DNA from: a virus
Taxonomy: Duplodnaviria > Caudoviricetes
DNA length: 57,310 nucleotides
Virus record (IMG/VR): IMGVR_UViG_3300005805_000104
Coordinates: 1-57,310 of that record
Direction: 5' to 3' (one strand)
Part shown: positions 18,475 through 29,626 of the stretch, piece by piece
Layout: the number at the start of each line of letters is the position of its first letter
Numbering within the stretch: the stretch's first letter is position 1
Notes under the pieces: generated by a model
Seen by the model: only the letters and a program-made list of their open reading frames with translations
Databases searched by the model: none
What the model was told of the DNA's origin: nothing
Program-made: the position numbers and the translations under genes

Positions 18475-18939
18475 ATGGCCACACTAATACAAACAGGATT
18501 CACTAAAAATCCTTACAAACCTTTCCCTTATTCTGGTAGTCAAGCCATAACTGTTAGCGACAGAATACAATTAAATGCCAAGAGAGATTCAATAATGTTA
18601 TTTGGAAATAATTCCATAGGGCTATCATCAAAAGGCACAATAAATTTAGAAAGTCGAGAATACACTATTATACAAAGTCCTTACATATTGCTAGGAAATC
18701 AAGCCACAGAACCGCTGGTGAAGGGAGAGGAATTGAAAAATATGTTGATTACGTTCGCGAACAAAATGAAATTGGCGGCTTCGCAGTTAACATCAGCTGC
18801 AAAAAAGGATCAAAATACAGGCAATGTATACGCTGAGGGAGGTAACATTACGTTGGCTGGACAGTTTATTAACTCGGCGTGTGGTGAACTTATCAGCGAT
18901 ATAGATAAAATACTCTCACAAAAATCATATACAGAATAA
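18475..18939 (+). CDS. Putative baseplate spike (gp5 C-terminal-like)
   Basis: Beta-repeat-like SDRIQLNAK..IGLSS...INL, then LG..ATEPLVKG. Confidence 0.5.
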   Translation: MATLIQTGFTKNPYKPFPYSGSQAITVSDRIQLNAKRDSIMLFGNNSIGLSSKGTINLESREYTIIQSPYILLGNQATEPLVKGEELKNMLITFANKMKLAASQLTSAAKKDQNTGNVYAEGGNITLAGQFINSACGELISDIDKILSQKSYTE

Positions 18940-18941
18940 CC

Positions 18942-21176
18942 ATGTCTTTTAGCGCATCATATGGAAGTATCGTAGAAAAGGCTTTTCCTCCTTTGAAGGA
19001 CGTTAAGGGCATAGACAAGCTTGTATTAAAAGCGTGTTTGGGCACAATTAAAATAGCAGATTTTTTAGGTAACGTATTTTATGGATTCCCTGTAGAGGTC
19101 AATAACTACAAAACAAATAAGAAGAAACCTCAAGACCCCATGAGATTGGGAATCATACCCATAATACGCTTATTTGCGAAAGTTAACTATTGCGATTTGG
19201 TCAACTATGCGTTCTCCAAAATACCGAAGTCAGGATCTAAATTTGATCCCGATAACCCCCCAAAAGACGACGCTCCGATAGCCGTTCAAAAACTATGGAA
19301 ACTACAATTTCAAGCGTATAAAGCTGAAAAAAAGATAGACAAATTCTATTCAGTAGTATCGTTATTAGACACAAATAGATCAAAGGAAACGTTTTTAGAG
19401 ACGATGAATAGCATAAAAATCGATTTAGGATCGAGTTTTCAAGATCTTCTTAATGAACCAATAAAAATACAGACTTATGAAGGATCAGGAGTATACGTAC
19501 CCGGTATAAATCCCAATCCGGCCGCAGCACAGACGCTCATAAATTCATTTCCCGGCCTAACTAGATTAAACAATTACATTAACGGATTTTTTAGGTATTT
19601 AGATGGATACGTAGACGCGCGCGCGATTCCTGATGAAGAGTTCAAGAAGGCTCTCAAAAAGCTTGATAAGCTTAAATCCATTATTACGATAATTAAATCC
19701 CTTTCTTCTCCATTAGGTATATTTGGAACCGCGTTCTTAGGATTTTTTGGAGACTACATAAAAAAGGATTTGCAAAGGCTAGTTGATTTATTTCCTCCCC
19801 AAAAAGCATTGCCGATGCTTAGAAAACTAGTTCAAACATGCGTAAAAATACAAACTACGTGTCAAAACTTACTTAACTTCATTCAAACTGCTCAACTAAT
19901 GATCAGCATAGTAATGATCATCATTACCGTGGTATTGAAGATATTAGCTTTCTTTAAGATTATGCCAATACCAAACCTGTATACGACTGTTGGTGTTACA
20001 AATACTATGACAGGCATACAAGAAAACGTATTGAAAGTTAGACTCATTTGGAGAATAATGGGCACACTAGGCAGAATATTATTACTGTTACAGATGATAC
20101 AGCTGCTTATATTAAGTATAATAGGACCAATAAATGAAATCATTAGAAACTTAAATATCATAATAGCGAATCTAAGTAACTGTAGTGGAGTTGATCAAGA
20201 CGTTATCAACGAGCTTACCAATGCTCGAAATGGATTACAAAAGGCCTCTGATTTGATGTATCTTTTTGTAAAGAATAAGGAGATAAACGACCGAGAGGAC
20301 GGAATATTTAATCCAAACATTCCCCCGGTTGACGAAGCTATAAAAAACAATGTTTACGATGATAACGGATTGGGAGCTTTTTGGGACGTAAATCCCACTT
20401 TAGAAACACCAGAAGGCAACAATTATAGAAATAACGTTACAGATCCAACAAAAAAAATCGGAAATTACACCATACAGATAGTCACTGAGGAAGTAACGGA
20501 TTCTGAGATTAGATTAAGACGTAGATACGGTGTAGCTCTTGATTCTAACGGTATAGTGATAGTGCAATCTATGCCCACGTTCGCCTCAGACAGTCAGGTT
20601 ATCATAAGAGAGGTCGAACAAATGCTTGCATCTAAAGGTTTAATAAAGTCTGTAGGCAGCGACGAGGCTATAAATAACGAGCAAAGAGATACCATAGAAT
20701 CAGCATCAAATTATCTATTTAACAAAGACTTAAACGTTCCTGAATTTAGAGATCTATTCATGCGTAATAGAAAGGTCGCATCCGGGGATGTTAGTGCTGC
20801 TACAGCAGCATCAGAGTACAGTGACGAACTTCCAGATTCGTTTAAGGCTACGGAGGTAGGATTTGAGGACTTTACGGTTGATAACGATATATTTGACGAC
20901 GATAATTTCGTTTTGGATGAATTTGACTTGGACGGCCCTGACAATGAGAATGAAAACGAAGGCTTGGGTTTGAACGCATTCGCTAACAAGCTTAGTGGAG
21001 GAAAAAAACTAAGAAACAGAGTTAGAAAGCTACTTGCACAGCGTTTAAGTAAATTGAAAAATGATACTCAAAACACAGGTTACAAAGGAAACGTCACCGA
21101 CAAAGTAACAAATACTAGCAGTAATGTTGGAGGAATAGCTCCCACGCCTACTAGAGCTGTAACAGGACCCAGGTAA
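18942..21176 (+). CDS. Large hypothetical structural protein with hydrophobic central region
   Basis: 744 aa ORF in the baseplate block. Confidence 0.55.
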   Translation: MSFSASYGSIVEKAFPPLKDVKGIDKLVLKACLGTIKIADFLGNVFYGFPVEVNNYKTNKKKPQDPMRLGIIPIIRLFAKVNYCDLVNYAFSKIPKSGSKFDPDNPPKDDAPIAVQKLWKLQFQAYKAEKKIDKFYSVVSLLDTNRSKETFLETMNSIKIDLGSSFQDLLNEPIKIQTYEGSGVYVPGINPNPAAAQTLINSFPGLTRLNNYINGFFRYLDGYVDARAIPDEEFKKALKKLDKLKSIITIIKSLSSPLGIFGTAFLGFFGDYIKKDLQRLVDLFPPQKALPMLRKLVQTCVKIQTTCQNLLNFIQTAQLMISIVMIIITVVLKILAFFKIMPIPNLYTTVGVTNTMTGIQENVLKVRLIWRIMGTLGRILLLLQMIQLLILSIIGPINEIIRNLNIIIANLSNCSGVDQDVINELTNARNGLQKASDLMYLFVKNKEINDREDGIFNPNIPPVDEAIKNNVYDDNGLGAFWDVNPTLETPEGNNYRNNVTDPTKKIGNYTIQIVTEEVTDSEIRLRRRYGVALDSNGIVIVQSMPTFASDSQVIIREVEQMLASKGLIKSVGSDEAINNEQRDTIESASNYLFNKDLNVPEFRDLFMRNRKVASGDVSAATAASEYSDELPDSFKATEVGFEDFTVDNDIFDDDNFVLDEFDLDGPDNENENEGLGLNAFANKLSGGKKLRNRVRKLLAQRLSKLKNDTQNTGYKGNVTDKVTNTSSNVGGIAPTPTRAVTGPR

Positions 21177-21208
21177 CGCGGATAGAATAATTAACTATAT
21201 TTATTAGT

Positions 21209-21628
21209 ATGAGCAAATTAGACGCCCTAAGAAGACTTATAAGAGAGGAAATACGATCAGCCATAAGGGAAGAACTACCTAGACTTCTCTCAGAAAACTC
21301 TGCGCCCCAAAAAAACGCTGATTACAAGAAAAAGTTGAGGGATCAAGTAAGTAAAAGCGTTACTGGTGGAATTCCAATGACTCTAAACACCGGTCCCATG
21401 CAACTACCAAAGTTTAGTGGCAACGATCCATTGTCTAAAATACTTAATGAAACTGCCATGAGCATGACTCCCAAAGATATGGGTGAGGAAGTAGAACCAG
21501 AAACCGGATCTGTAAACGAAATGCTATCTACGGCAAGAAAAAGCTCGAATTTAGAAGCCGTAGAAATAGACACAGTACCAGATTTCTCAGAAATCATGCA
21601 TAGATTGAAAGCTAAAGGTCAGATATAA
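21209..21628 (+). CDS. Hypothetical protein
   Basis: N-terminal LRRLIREEIRSAIREE; ATATTTAT upstream. Confidence 0.6.
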   Translation: MSKLDALRRLIREEIRSAIREELPRLLSENSAPQKNADYKKKLRDQVSKSVTGGIPMTLNTGPMQLPKFSGNDPLSKILNETAMSMTPKDMGEEVEPETGSVNEMLSTARKSSNLEAVEIDTVPDFSEIMHRLKAKGQI

Positions 21629-22041
21629 TGGCTTATGGATTAAAAAAAATAGCCCCCGTAGATCTTAAAAAATCTACCGCGCTTGGAGTTAAAGTGCCAT
21701 TTAATGCTCCAAGTGTTTTCCAAAGCGCATATACCACAAAGGATCAGATTAGATATAACATAATAAACTACTTGCTTACAAATCACAGAGAGCGAGTTTT
21801 TGATCCTAACTTCGGGGCAAATCTCAGGGCAAAAATATTTGAGCAAATTGCCATCGAAAACATATCTGACATAGAAACGTCTATAAAATCAAACATAGAA
21901 AGCAATTTTCCAGTGCAACTAACCCAAATAGTCATAACTCCAATGATAGACACTGATAACGCCATAATAATACAATTTAGTTATCGACTGCTCTCTTCAA
22001 ATGCCTATGACAACGTTATAATAACTATACAAAATTCTTAA
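21628..22041 (+). CDS. Baseplate wedge protein, gp25/GPW-like
   Basis: IRYNIINYLLT..RERVFDPNFGANL..IFE. Confidence 0.88.
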   Translation: MAYGLKKIAPVDLKKSTALGVKVPFNAPSVFQSAYTTKDQIRYNIINYLLTNHRERVFDPNFGANLRAKIFEQIAIENISDIETSIKSNIESNFPVQLTQIVITPMIDTDNAIIIQFSYRLLSSNAYDNVIITIQNS

Positions 22042-22042
22042 A

Positions 22043-23896
22043 ATGGAAAATAACATAGACATTAAGTATCTAAACAAAGACTTCTCAACATTTAAGAGAG
22101 ATCTAATAGAATACGCAAAGGCCTATTATCCCACTGTATATACAGACTTCACAAAAGCTTCGCCGGGAACTTTGTTCATAGACATGGCGTCATACGTGGG
22201 AGATGTGCTATCGTTCTATCTGGACAATCAAATACAAGAGACTTTTCTCCCTTACGCAAAGCAAAAAAGCAATTTATTTGCTCTAGCTTACACGTTGGGA
22301 TATCGACCTAAGGTGGTGTCTTCTGCCATAGTAAATCTTGAAGTATATCAAATAGTCCCAGCGGTGACCATCGCCGGCTTAAAATATCCAGATTTCAGTT
22401 ACGCTATGATAGTAAATCCAGGGATGGTTATAGCGTCTAATCAATCTTCAAATGTTACTTTTTACGCCCCAAGCAAAGTAGACTTTACATCGTCTTCATC
22501 GCTTGATGACACAGACGTAACTATATATGAAACTGACGGCACGGGAGCTCCCGTAAATTACTTGTTGAGAAAATATACAACAGCAATATCAGGAAAAGTA
22601 AGATCGGCCACTTTTAATTTCGGCGCAGCCCAAAGATTTTCCACTATAACTATAAACGATACCGATATAGTGTCGGTACTCAGCATCGTAGATTCATCAA
22701 ACAACACGTGGTATGAAGTACCGTATTTAGCACAGGACTACATTTACAATCCTGTAGCGAACACGGCTCAAAGTTATCCCGATTTGCATCAATATGCTAA
22801 TCAAGTACCATATGTTTTAGAAAAAGTTAGAGTTGACAGAAGATTTACCACTAGGTTCACTGATACTAATCAATTAGTAATAGAGTTTGGGTCTGGTGTA
22901 AATAGCGTTGCGGACGATACCATCATTCCAAATCCAGCATCTGTCGGCCTAGGATTAACATCTGGATCTACGACTATTAACACGGCGTTTGATCCCACTA
23001 ATTTTGTTACGACCACTACATATGGACTAGCTCCATACAACACAACACTCACTGTAACCTACTTAGCTGGCGGTGGAGCAGAGTATAACGTTAGAGCCGG
23101 TGAATTGACAAAGCTGGTTAATTATGGCGTTTCTGGAAACCCAGCGCAAGAAAATACACTCATAACAAATAATAGCGAGCCAGCAAGCGGTGGCGCGGAT
23201 GGAGATACTATCGAAGATTTAAGATTGAACATTCGTAACGCGTTTTCTTCCCAAATGAGGGCAATAACTCAGCAAGATTACATAGAAAAAACGCTGAACA
23301 TGCCTCCAAAGTACGGAAAAATATCAAAAGTTTACATGTCTAAAGATGCATCTACATTTGCAAATTACGAAAGAAGCTATTCTCAAATGAAAGATCCATC
23401 TTCTATTAGTATGTATGTACTGTCTTTAGATAATCAAGGGAATTTAGACTATCCCACCCCCGCCCTTTTACAAAATCTATCTACTCATCTATCTGAGTAT
23501 AGAAGCATGACAGATTCCATAGATCTGAAAACCGCGTACATCATCAACATAGCGTGTAGTTTTGATATAGTCATAAGACCCAATTTCAATTCACAAGATG
23601 TTCTAGCGCGGTGCATAACATCATTGACTAATTATTTTAATATAGATAATTGGCAAATCAACGAACCTATAATGTTAGGTGACGTATATTCACAACTAGA
23701 CTTAGTTGAAGGGGTACAAATGGTCAAACACGTAAAAATAGTCAACAAGCAAGGCGAAGAATTGGGATATTCAAGATACGCCTATGATATAGAAGGCGCC
23801 ACAATAAACAATGTTATATACCCATCTCTAGACCCTTCCATATTTGAATTGAAGTTTCCAAATACAAACATACAAGGTAGAGTCGTAACATTCTAA
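22043..23896 (+). CDS. Baseplate wedge protein, gp6/baseplate-J-like
   Basis: YLNKDF, DMASYVGDVLSFYLD, LAYTLGYRP, FGSG, GGADG.TIEDLR, RAIT..DY. Confidence 0.88.
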   Translation: MENNIDIKYLNKDFSTFKRDLIEYAKAYYPTVYTDFTKASPGTLFIDMASYVGDVLSFYLDNQIQETFLPYAKQKSNLFALAYTLGYRPKVVSSAIVNLEVYQIVPAVTIAGLKYPDFSYAMIVNPGMVIASNQSSNVTFYAPSKVDFTSSSSLDDTDVTIYETDGTGAPVNYLLRKYTTAISGKVRSATFNFGAAQRFSTITINDTDIVSVLSIVDSSNNTWYEVPYLAQDYIYNPVANTAQSYPDLHQYANQVPYVLEKVRVDRRFTTRFTDTNQLVIEFGSGVNSVADDTIIPNPASVGLGLTSGSTTINTAFDPTNFVTTTTYGLAPYNTTLTVTYLAGGGAEYNVRAGELTKLVNYGVSGNPAQENTLITNNSEPASGGADGDTIEDLRLNIRNAFSSQMRAITQQDYIEKTLNMPPKYGKISKVYMSKDASTFANYERSYSQMKDPSSISMYVLSLDNQGNLDYPTPALLQNLSTHLSEYRSMTDSIDLKTAYIINIACSFDIVIRPNFNSQDVLARCITSLTNYFNIDNWQINEPIMLGDVYSQLDLVEGVQMVKHVKIVNKQGEELGYSRYAYDIEGATINNVIYPSLDPSIFELKFPNTNIQGRVVTF

Positions 23897-23907
23897 AAGA
23901 TTAAAAC

Positions 23908-25008
23908 ATGGCAGTATATAAAATTTTCGCAGAGGCAGATGCTACATTGTACTCAAAATTTCCTAGACAAAACACAGGTCTGGACGAGATACTTGAAGTC
24001 GCGGTAAAGAACAGTGAAAATATAGGAGAATCTCTCCCCGGCAGTGTAGATCAAATAACTAACGATGACATTAGACGATCTCTGATAAAATTTTCTAATA
24101 GAGACATACAGAGGCTGTACAGCTACAGCACAGGATCTTGGAAATCATACTTAAAAGTTTATGTTGCGAACGCAGAGAACTTAAACACCACTTACGATTT
24201 AGAAATAAGACAAGTGTCCCAATCCTGGGAAATGGGAACGGGCAAATTTGCAGACTCCCCAGAAGTAAAAAACGGTGTAAACTGGTACAATACGCAATCG
24301 TGGTATTCAGACACTACAGATTGGGTTAGTCCAAGTTACTATCTGACTTCTGGTGGAGGATCGTGGACAAACAATTACGTTACGCAATCTTTCGATTATC
24401 AGAATAGCAAAGACATAGATGTCGACGTGACCTCTATAGTCACAACGTGGTTCGATAATACAATTGATAATAACGGATTTATAATTAAACACTCGACCGC
24501 CGTAGAAAATAATTCAGGAAGCTACTTAAGCTTAAACTTCTATAGTACTGACACCAATACCATATATCCTCCCACTTTAGAGATAAGATGGGATGACAGT
24601 GAATATATTACGGGATCCTTACAAGTTGTAGACAGCAGTGATTCTGTTGTTACATTCTCTAATAATATTTTCAATTTCAACAAAAATACGGAGCTCTATA
24701 AGTTCAAAATAAACTGTAGAGATAGATATCCAGTAAGGGTCTTTACAACCAATTCACTATATACAACAAACAAAAGGCTACCTAGTCGCTCTTATTGGTC
24801 TATGGTAGATGCAAAAACAAACGAAGTGGTGGTAGATTATGATGATAACTATACTAAAATAAGTTGCGATGGAACAAGCAGTTACTTCGGGATTTATTTT
24901 GCTGGTTTAGAACCCGAAAGGTATTACAAATTTAGAATCAAGACCTATTTATCATCAGGAGAAGTGGTTAGTTTTGAGAACGACGGAACATTCAAACTGG
25001 CGAACTAA
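23908..25008 (+). CDS. Structural protein with DNRLRE-like beta domain
   Basis: DATLYS...NTGLDEILE, RSLIKF, SWEMGTG, DVTSIV..W, NNGFIIK, P.LEIRWDD. Confidence 0.55.
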   Translation: MAVYKIFAEADATLYSKFPRQNTGLDEILEVAVKNSENIGESLPGSVDQITNDDIRRSLIKFSNRDIQRLYSYSTGSWKSYLKVYVANAENLNTTYDLEIRQVSQSWEMGTGKFADSPEVKNGVNWYNTQSWYSDTTDWVSPSYYLTSGGGSWTNNYVTQSFDYQNSKDIDVDVTSIVTTWFDNTIDNNGFIIKHSTAVENNSGSYLSLNFYSTDTNTIYPPTLEIRWDDSEYITGSLQVVDSSDSVVTFSNNIFNFNKNTELYKFKINCRDRYPVRVFTTNSLYTTNKRLPSRSYWSMVDAKTNEVVVDYDDNYTKISCDGTSSYFGIYFAGLEPERYYKFRIKTYLSSGEVVSFENDGTFKLAN

Positions 25009-25349
25009 TGGAGAAGGTAACTTTTATTAAACAGGTAAAGGGATTAAACACGTACACCAGTGTTATAGACACTAGATTCACAGAATTAGTGCAACCCACA
25101 GCCCAAACCGAGGAAGAAGAAATTACGGTTGCGAAGTTTTTTGAGTATTACGATAGACTATTCTACGATATACCCGCAGAAGGTGATATAAACTCGCACA
25201 AATACATAGTAGAAAGAAGCTCAGAGTACCTTGGAGGATCTGGTGTGGATTCAGAGAAGGCAGCGTTAATTGAAGAAATCAACTCTCTGCGTCAACAGTT
25301 GCTTGATATAGGTGACGCGTATACTACCATAAATAAAACCACATTCTAA
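25008..25349 (+). CDS. Hypothetical structural protein
   Basis: Translationally coupled within the baseplate block. Confidence 0.6.
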   Translation: MEKVTFIKQVKGLNTYTSVIDTRFTELVQPTAQTEEEEITVAKFFEYYDRLFYDIPAEGDINSHKYIVERSSEYLGGSGVDSEKAALIEEINSLRQQLLDIGDAYTTINKTTF

Positions 25350-28300
25350 TGGAAATAGTAGGCATAGTTCCTAATGGACAGGGTGTAATATACCAAACCT
25401 ATAATCCAAACGACGATGGTTTGATAACTACAAGTGTAATAAGCGGATCCTTTGCAGGACCGAACACTGATGATGTTATAGAAGCTATTGTATACGATGA
25501 AAACTTCACCTTACTCAATCTAAACTATAGATTAAATAGTTATTCTCCGGCCTCGGATACCATCGATAGCACCACAGGAAATTACACCTCGATATTATTA
25601 GATCCTGTAGAAGACATAAAATCCCTGGGATTTAACAGAGGCAATCTAAACATACAGTACAATTTTCAAAGGTATTTATTCGGATCTAGTGTAACAAATA
25701 GATATTGGATAAAAGATATCTCTAAATCAAGGACAGAGATCAGATTAGCCAGCCAAACTATAAGCGAGCTCGGTATAGAACGTGGTTTTCAATCATACCA
25801 AAGTATATTGGGTTTACGAAACTATTACGTAGACTTCTATCTAAATTTTGGGCTCAATAAACTGGTTATAGCAAACAATGCTGCGGTTGAATCTACGGAC
25901 GACGGCGTGTATCTATTGATAAAGTTATACGAACCTCTACCCATAGAGTTTTCTGAAAAGGCCACACTTTGGATAGTAGAGAAGATCGGGGATTCAATAA
26001 GCTATAACGTATCCATTCAGTTAGAAGCCGGAGAAGATCAACAAGTGTTTAGTCTTCGCGGACCAAATTTTAATATTGAGCTCACAAACAGAATTGGTCA
26101 AACAACACAATACTATAATTACAACGATCTTTTTTCAAGCGAAGTATCGTCATCGATGCAAAAACTCGCTAGCTACTACGATGATAAAGCGATATCAATA
26201 AATGTTGACTACTCCAATTTTGAGAACTTCATTCACTTCTCTAGCGCCAAAGAAAGAATAAATAACTTTGTATACAAACTAACCCTAATAGAAGATTACA
26301 ACAATCAGATATACTCTAGTTCTTTTATCACACAACTTAGCAATCGTTCTCTAGCGTACGTAAGTCAATCAAACCAATTGACTAAAGAGAAAATTGATAC
26401 CATTATAAGGAAGTTTGATCCCTACGAGTATTATCTATACTACAGCTCAGAATCTTTTGCTTGGCCAAAAGTTAATTCTACTGCGCCGTATCAACTTAGA
26501 TCTGTGACTTCTTCGCAAGCTTTAGGCTGGTTAGGCGGAGAGGATATTGTTCCGAGTTCTCCCCTATCTGTATCTATTCTATATTCTGCGTCAATGTACG
26601 ACGCAACAAATAAAGATATCATAAGCTATACGATACCTCAGTATCTGTATGAAGATCCAGAGAATCAGCCTATGATGATGTTCTTATACATGATATCTCA
26701 ACACTTTGACAACATATGGTTGTATTACAAAGACGTTACTAGTAGGTATGATAGCACAAATAATCCAAATACAGGTATTTCAATGGATTTGGTTGCTGAC
26801 GCACTAAAGAGCATTGGATTCAACCTATACACAAATACCAGCATATCAGACAATCTATACTATTCTCTATTTGGAATAAATGCGGACGGGAGTCTCTTAC
26901 CGCCCACAGGATCTGAATTGATTGAGGTGAATGATTTGGGAAATAGGGGATACGTGACATCTAGTTTACAAACGCTATCGTCAAACGATATACAGAAAGA
27001 ATTCTATAAACGATTATACCACAACGCGGCGTATCTTTACAAAACAAAGGGAACTCAAAGAGGCATCAAAGCTCTCATAGCGTGTTACGGTATACCTGAA
27101 GATATATTGGATGTTAACGAATTCGGCGCGTATCAAAACTATACGCTATCGGGGTTACAAAGTGCTAACAACAATAAAGTAAATGTAGTCTATCAAACAA
27201 ACGAACTATCCGCGTCTGTATTATCTCCATATGTCACCAACCAAACTTTAGATACTAGCTATAGAAAAAATAGCTATGATATAGAAGTAGCATTTTCTCC
27301 CTCAAATAAAATAGACGCAAATATAAGTTCTTCTGAGGGTTTCATATATCTTGATGATTACATAGGAAATCCTCTGGATCAGTATAAGACACAATATCCG
27401 GATTTGGAGAGCTACAAAAACACGTATTTCGCTACTTACGAATATCCTCACCGAATCTCAGAATACATAAGACTTGTAAAATACTACAACAATTCGTTGT
27501 TCAAACTCATAAAAGATTTTGTTCCGGCTCGAGCCAATGTTTTAACTGGTATTGTTGTAAAGAGTCATTTACTTGAAAGAAATAAGTACGCAAGAAAAGA
27601 ACCAGACGTAATAATATCAGGATCTTTTGGAAATGTACTATTGGGTTCCATATCCGCATCAGCCGCAAACACTTCAGCGTATACGTCTTCTTGGCAATCG
27701 AATATAACAACACCGAGCGGATCAGTTAGATTCATATCTAATCAGTCTGTAGAAATGTTTACGGGTCAATTTAGTGGATCGAACATAGTATTTACTACGG
27801 GAGGATATTTAAGTCAATTGGAACTGTCGAAAAATTACACGGTGTCTAACAACGGAGACCCAGTGTATGTCAACTATGGAGCAATCCACAACAATATAAC
27901 GTCATCAGTAAGATCAGTAAAATACTTCAACTTAGATTACTCGACCAACCAATTCAGACCCGTTAACATAGATCTGGTATCAGAGTCGTTGAACGCCATA
28001 ATATCGGCATCTCGTAGTGCTCTTAATGCTCCTGTATACTGCAATACAATATACCCTTACGCAGAATTGCAGGATTCAAACTACAATTTGATATCGTTCA
28101 CGAATCCCAGATACCAAGGAAGTAAGATAGAAAGTCCAGAATACAACGCCGTAAGCGGATCTTGTATTGATAAGATAGTCAACTCTTTTGCATATTTGGT
28201 GGACATATCAACGGCCTCTATATACTTACCAAACAGATCTAACGCCCAAATAAAGTTTTTAATTGATACTAATCAAAATGTATTAGATCTAACCAAAGCA

Positions 28301-29569
28301 AATAATCACGTATTTGATGTTCAAAACATATTTAAGAGCCAACAAAACGTTGATATAGCGCTGTTTAACTACGATACAAACAACGTATACGTGAATAGAT
28401 TAGTAAACAATCCCACCATAAAGATCCACGACGGAGGATTTAAGTACATTCCAATTTTACATAATCTATCATCTAGTGTATCTACGTTTGGATTTAATTT
28501 GCAAACACCAATAGCATTTCTTATACCCAATAACGGAAACTCTTTCAACTCTAGTGACGCGCAGTGGAAATTAAGTAATTATGCTATCGCTTACGACGAA
28601 GGTGGATTTGAGGGTTTTAACGTCATTAGTAGATACCCCTCGCAAAACTCCGATTACATACAAGCCACTATGGGAATCACAGCTTCCTATTTACCTGACT
28701 CTACTTTCCCCCCGGGAGTAGGTCAGGGATTTAGTGCGTCTTTAGTGATAAACATTCCTAGATTAGACGGACAATTCACAGAAAAAGTTCCCATAGTATT
28801 CACTCCAGGCCAAGGATATTTAGTGTCCACGTCCTTCGCGTATCTATATGATAACAATGGAGAACCAGATCCCGTTGAATTTTCTCTTAGAGATAGGTTG
28901 CCGTACGTATCAGATTTGAAATTGTATTCCCAAGACACAACGTCTAATGTAAAATCTGTGTACGTTAATACTACATACACATCTCAATCTGGATTATATT
29001 ATCACACGGGTTCAAAATTTGCAGTATTAAACCTATCAGATCAGTACGGCACTGAAGACCTGTATAGGAATTATGGACTTGTATATAGTTCTTCTTCTGA
29101 CACAGAATTTCAAACATCAGAGCTAAATAACGTTGTAAGTCGTTTTATTCTAGAACCTGGCGATAAAATCTGTCTAAAGGATACAGCGTCCATTGGATAT
29201 CTTTGGAATGAAAACTATGAGTTCACCGTAAAATCAGTGTCCTTTTCAGGGAGTTACAATGAAACTGGATCTAGGCTATTGATATATTTTGATAGGGAGG
29301 TGCCAATAAACTTATTGAAAGGTCCTATAAATGCATCGTATGTAGATAGAACTACAAGCGCGAACTACAGTTCTTCAAATTTCATAATATTCAAAAAAGC
29401 TTCTGATGAAACTAACGTTATACTAGAGTTTGATCCCACTGATCCAACAGTTGTGGAAGAGGGCTTATTATATCCCCAGTACATATCGAATGAACTAAAA
29501 AGAGAATCAGGAAACATCATAAAATCTCTAAGGGCTCAGAATCTAATACAAGTTAGTCAAAATCCATAA
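25349..29569 (+). CDS. Large baseplate/tail structural protein
   Basis: 1406 aa; YLYKTKGTQRGIKALIACYGIP resembles tail/baseplate P2 gpI-like segments. Confidence 0.6.
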   Translation: MEIVGIVPNGQGVIYQTYNPNDDGLITTSVISGSFAGPNTDDVIEAIVYDENFTLLNLNYRLNSYSPASDTIDSTTGNYTSILLDPVEDIKSLGFNRGNLNIQYNFQRYLFGSSVTNRYWIKDISKSRTEIRLASQTISELGIERGFQSYQSILGLRNYYVDFYLNFGLNKLVIANNAAVESTDDGVYLLIKLYEPLPIEFSEKATLWIVEKIGDSISYNVSIQLEAGEDQQVFSLRGPNFNIELTNRIGQTTQYYNYNDLFSSEVSSSMQKLASYYDDKAISINVDYSNFENFIHFSSAKERINNFVYKLTLIEDYNNQIYSSSFITQLSNRSLAYVSQSNQLTKEKIDTIIRKFDPYEYYLYYSSESFAWPKVNSTAPYQLRSVTSSQALGWLGGEDIVPSSPLSVSILYSASMYDATNKDIISYTIPQYLYEDPENQPMMMFLYMISQHFDNIWLYYKDVTSRYDSTNNPNTGISMDLVADALKSIGFNLYTNTSISDNLYYSLFGINADGSLLPPTGSELIEVNDLGNRGYVTSSLQTLSSNDIQKEFYKRLYHNAAYLYKTKGTQRGIKALIACYGIPEDILDVNEFGAYQNYTLSGLQSANNNKVNVVYQTNELSASVLSPYVTNQTLDTSYRKNSYDIEVAFSPSNKIDANISSSEGFIYLDDYIGNPLDQYKTQYPDLESYKNTYFATYEYPHRISEYIRLVKYYNNSLFKLIKDFVPARANVLTGIVVKSHLLERNKYARKEPDVIISGSFGNVLLGSISASAANTSAYTSSWQSNITTPSGSVRFISNQSVEMFTGQFSGSNIVFTTGGYLSQLELSKNYTVSNNGDPVYVNYGAIHNNITSSVRSVKYFNLDYSTNQFRPVNIDLVSESLNAIISASRSALNAPVYCNTIYPYAELQDSNYNLISFTNPRYQGSKIESPEYNAVSGSCIDKIVNSFAYLVDISTASIYLPNRSNAQIKFLIDTNQNVLDLTKANNHVFDVQNIFKSQQNVDIALFNYDTNNVYVNRLVNNPTIKIHDGGFKYIPILHNLSSSVSTFGFNLQTPIAFLIPNNGNSFNSSDAQWKLSNYAIAYDEGGFEGFNVISRYPSQNSDYIQATMGITASYLPDSTFPPGVGQGFSASLVINIPRLDGQFTEKVPIVFTPGQGYLVSTSFAYLYDNNGEPDPVEFSLRDRLPYVSDLKLYSQDTTSNVKSVYVNTTYTSQSGLYYHTGSKFAVLNLSDQYGTEDLYRNYGLVYSSSSDTEFQTSELNNVVSRFILEPGDKICLKDTASIGYLWNENYEFTVKSVSFSGSYNETGSRLLIYFDREVPINLLKGPINASYVDRTTSANYSSSNFIIFKKASDETNVILEFDPTDPTVVEEGLLYPQYISNELKRESGNIIKSLRAQNLIQVSQNP

Positions 29570-29626
29570 TTGATCACTCAAGATGACAATTTGCAGGAAC
29601 ACTATATTTATTAAAAACGATTAAAC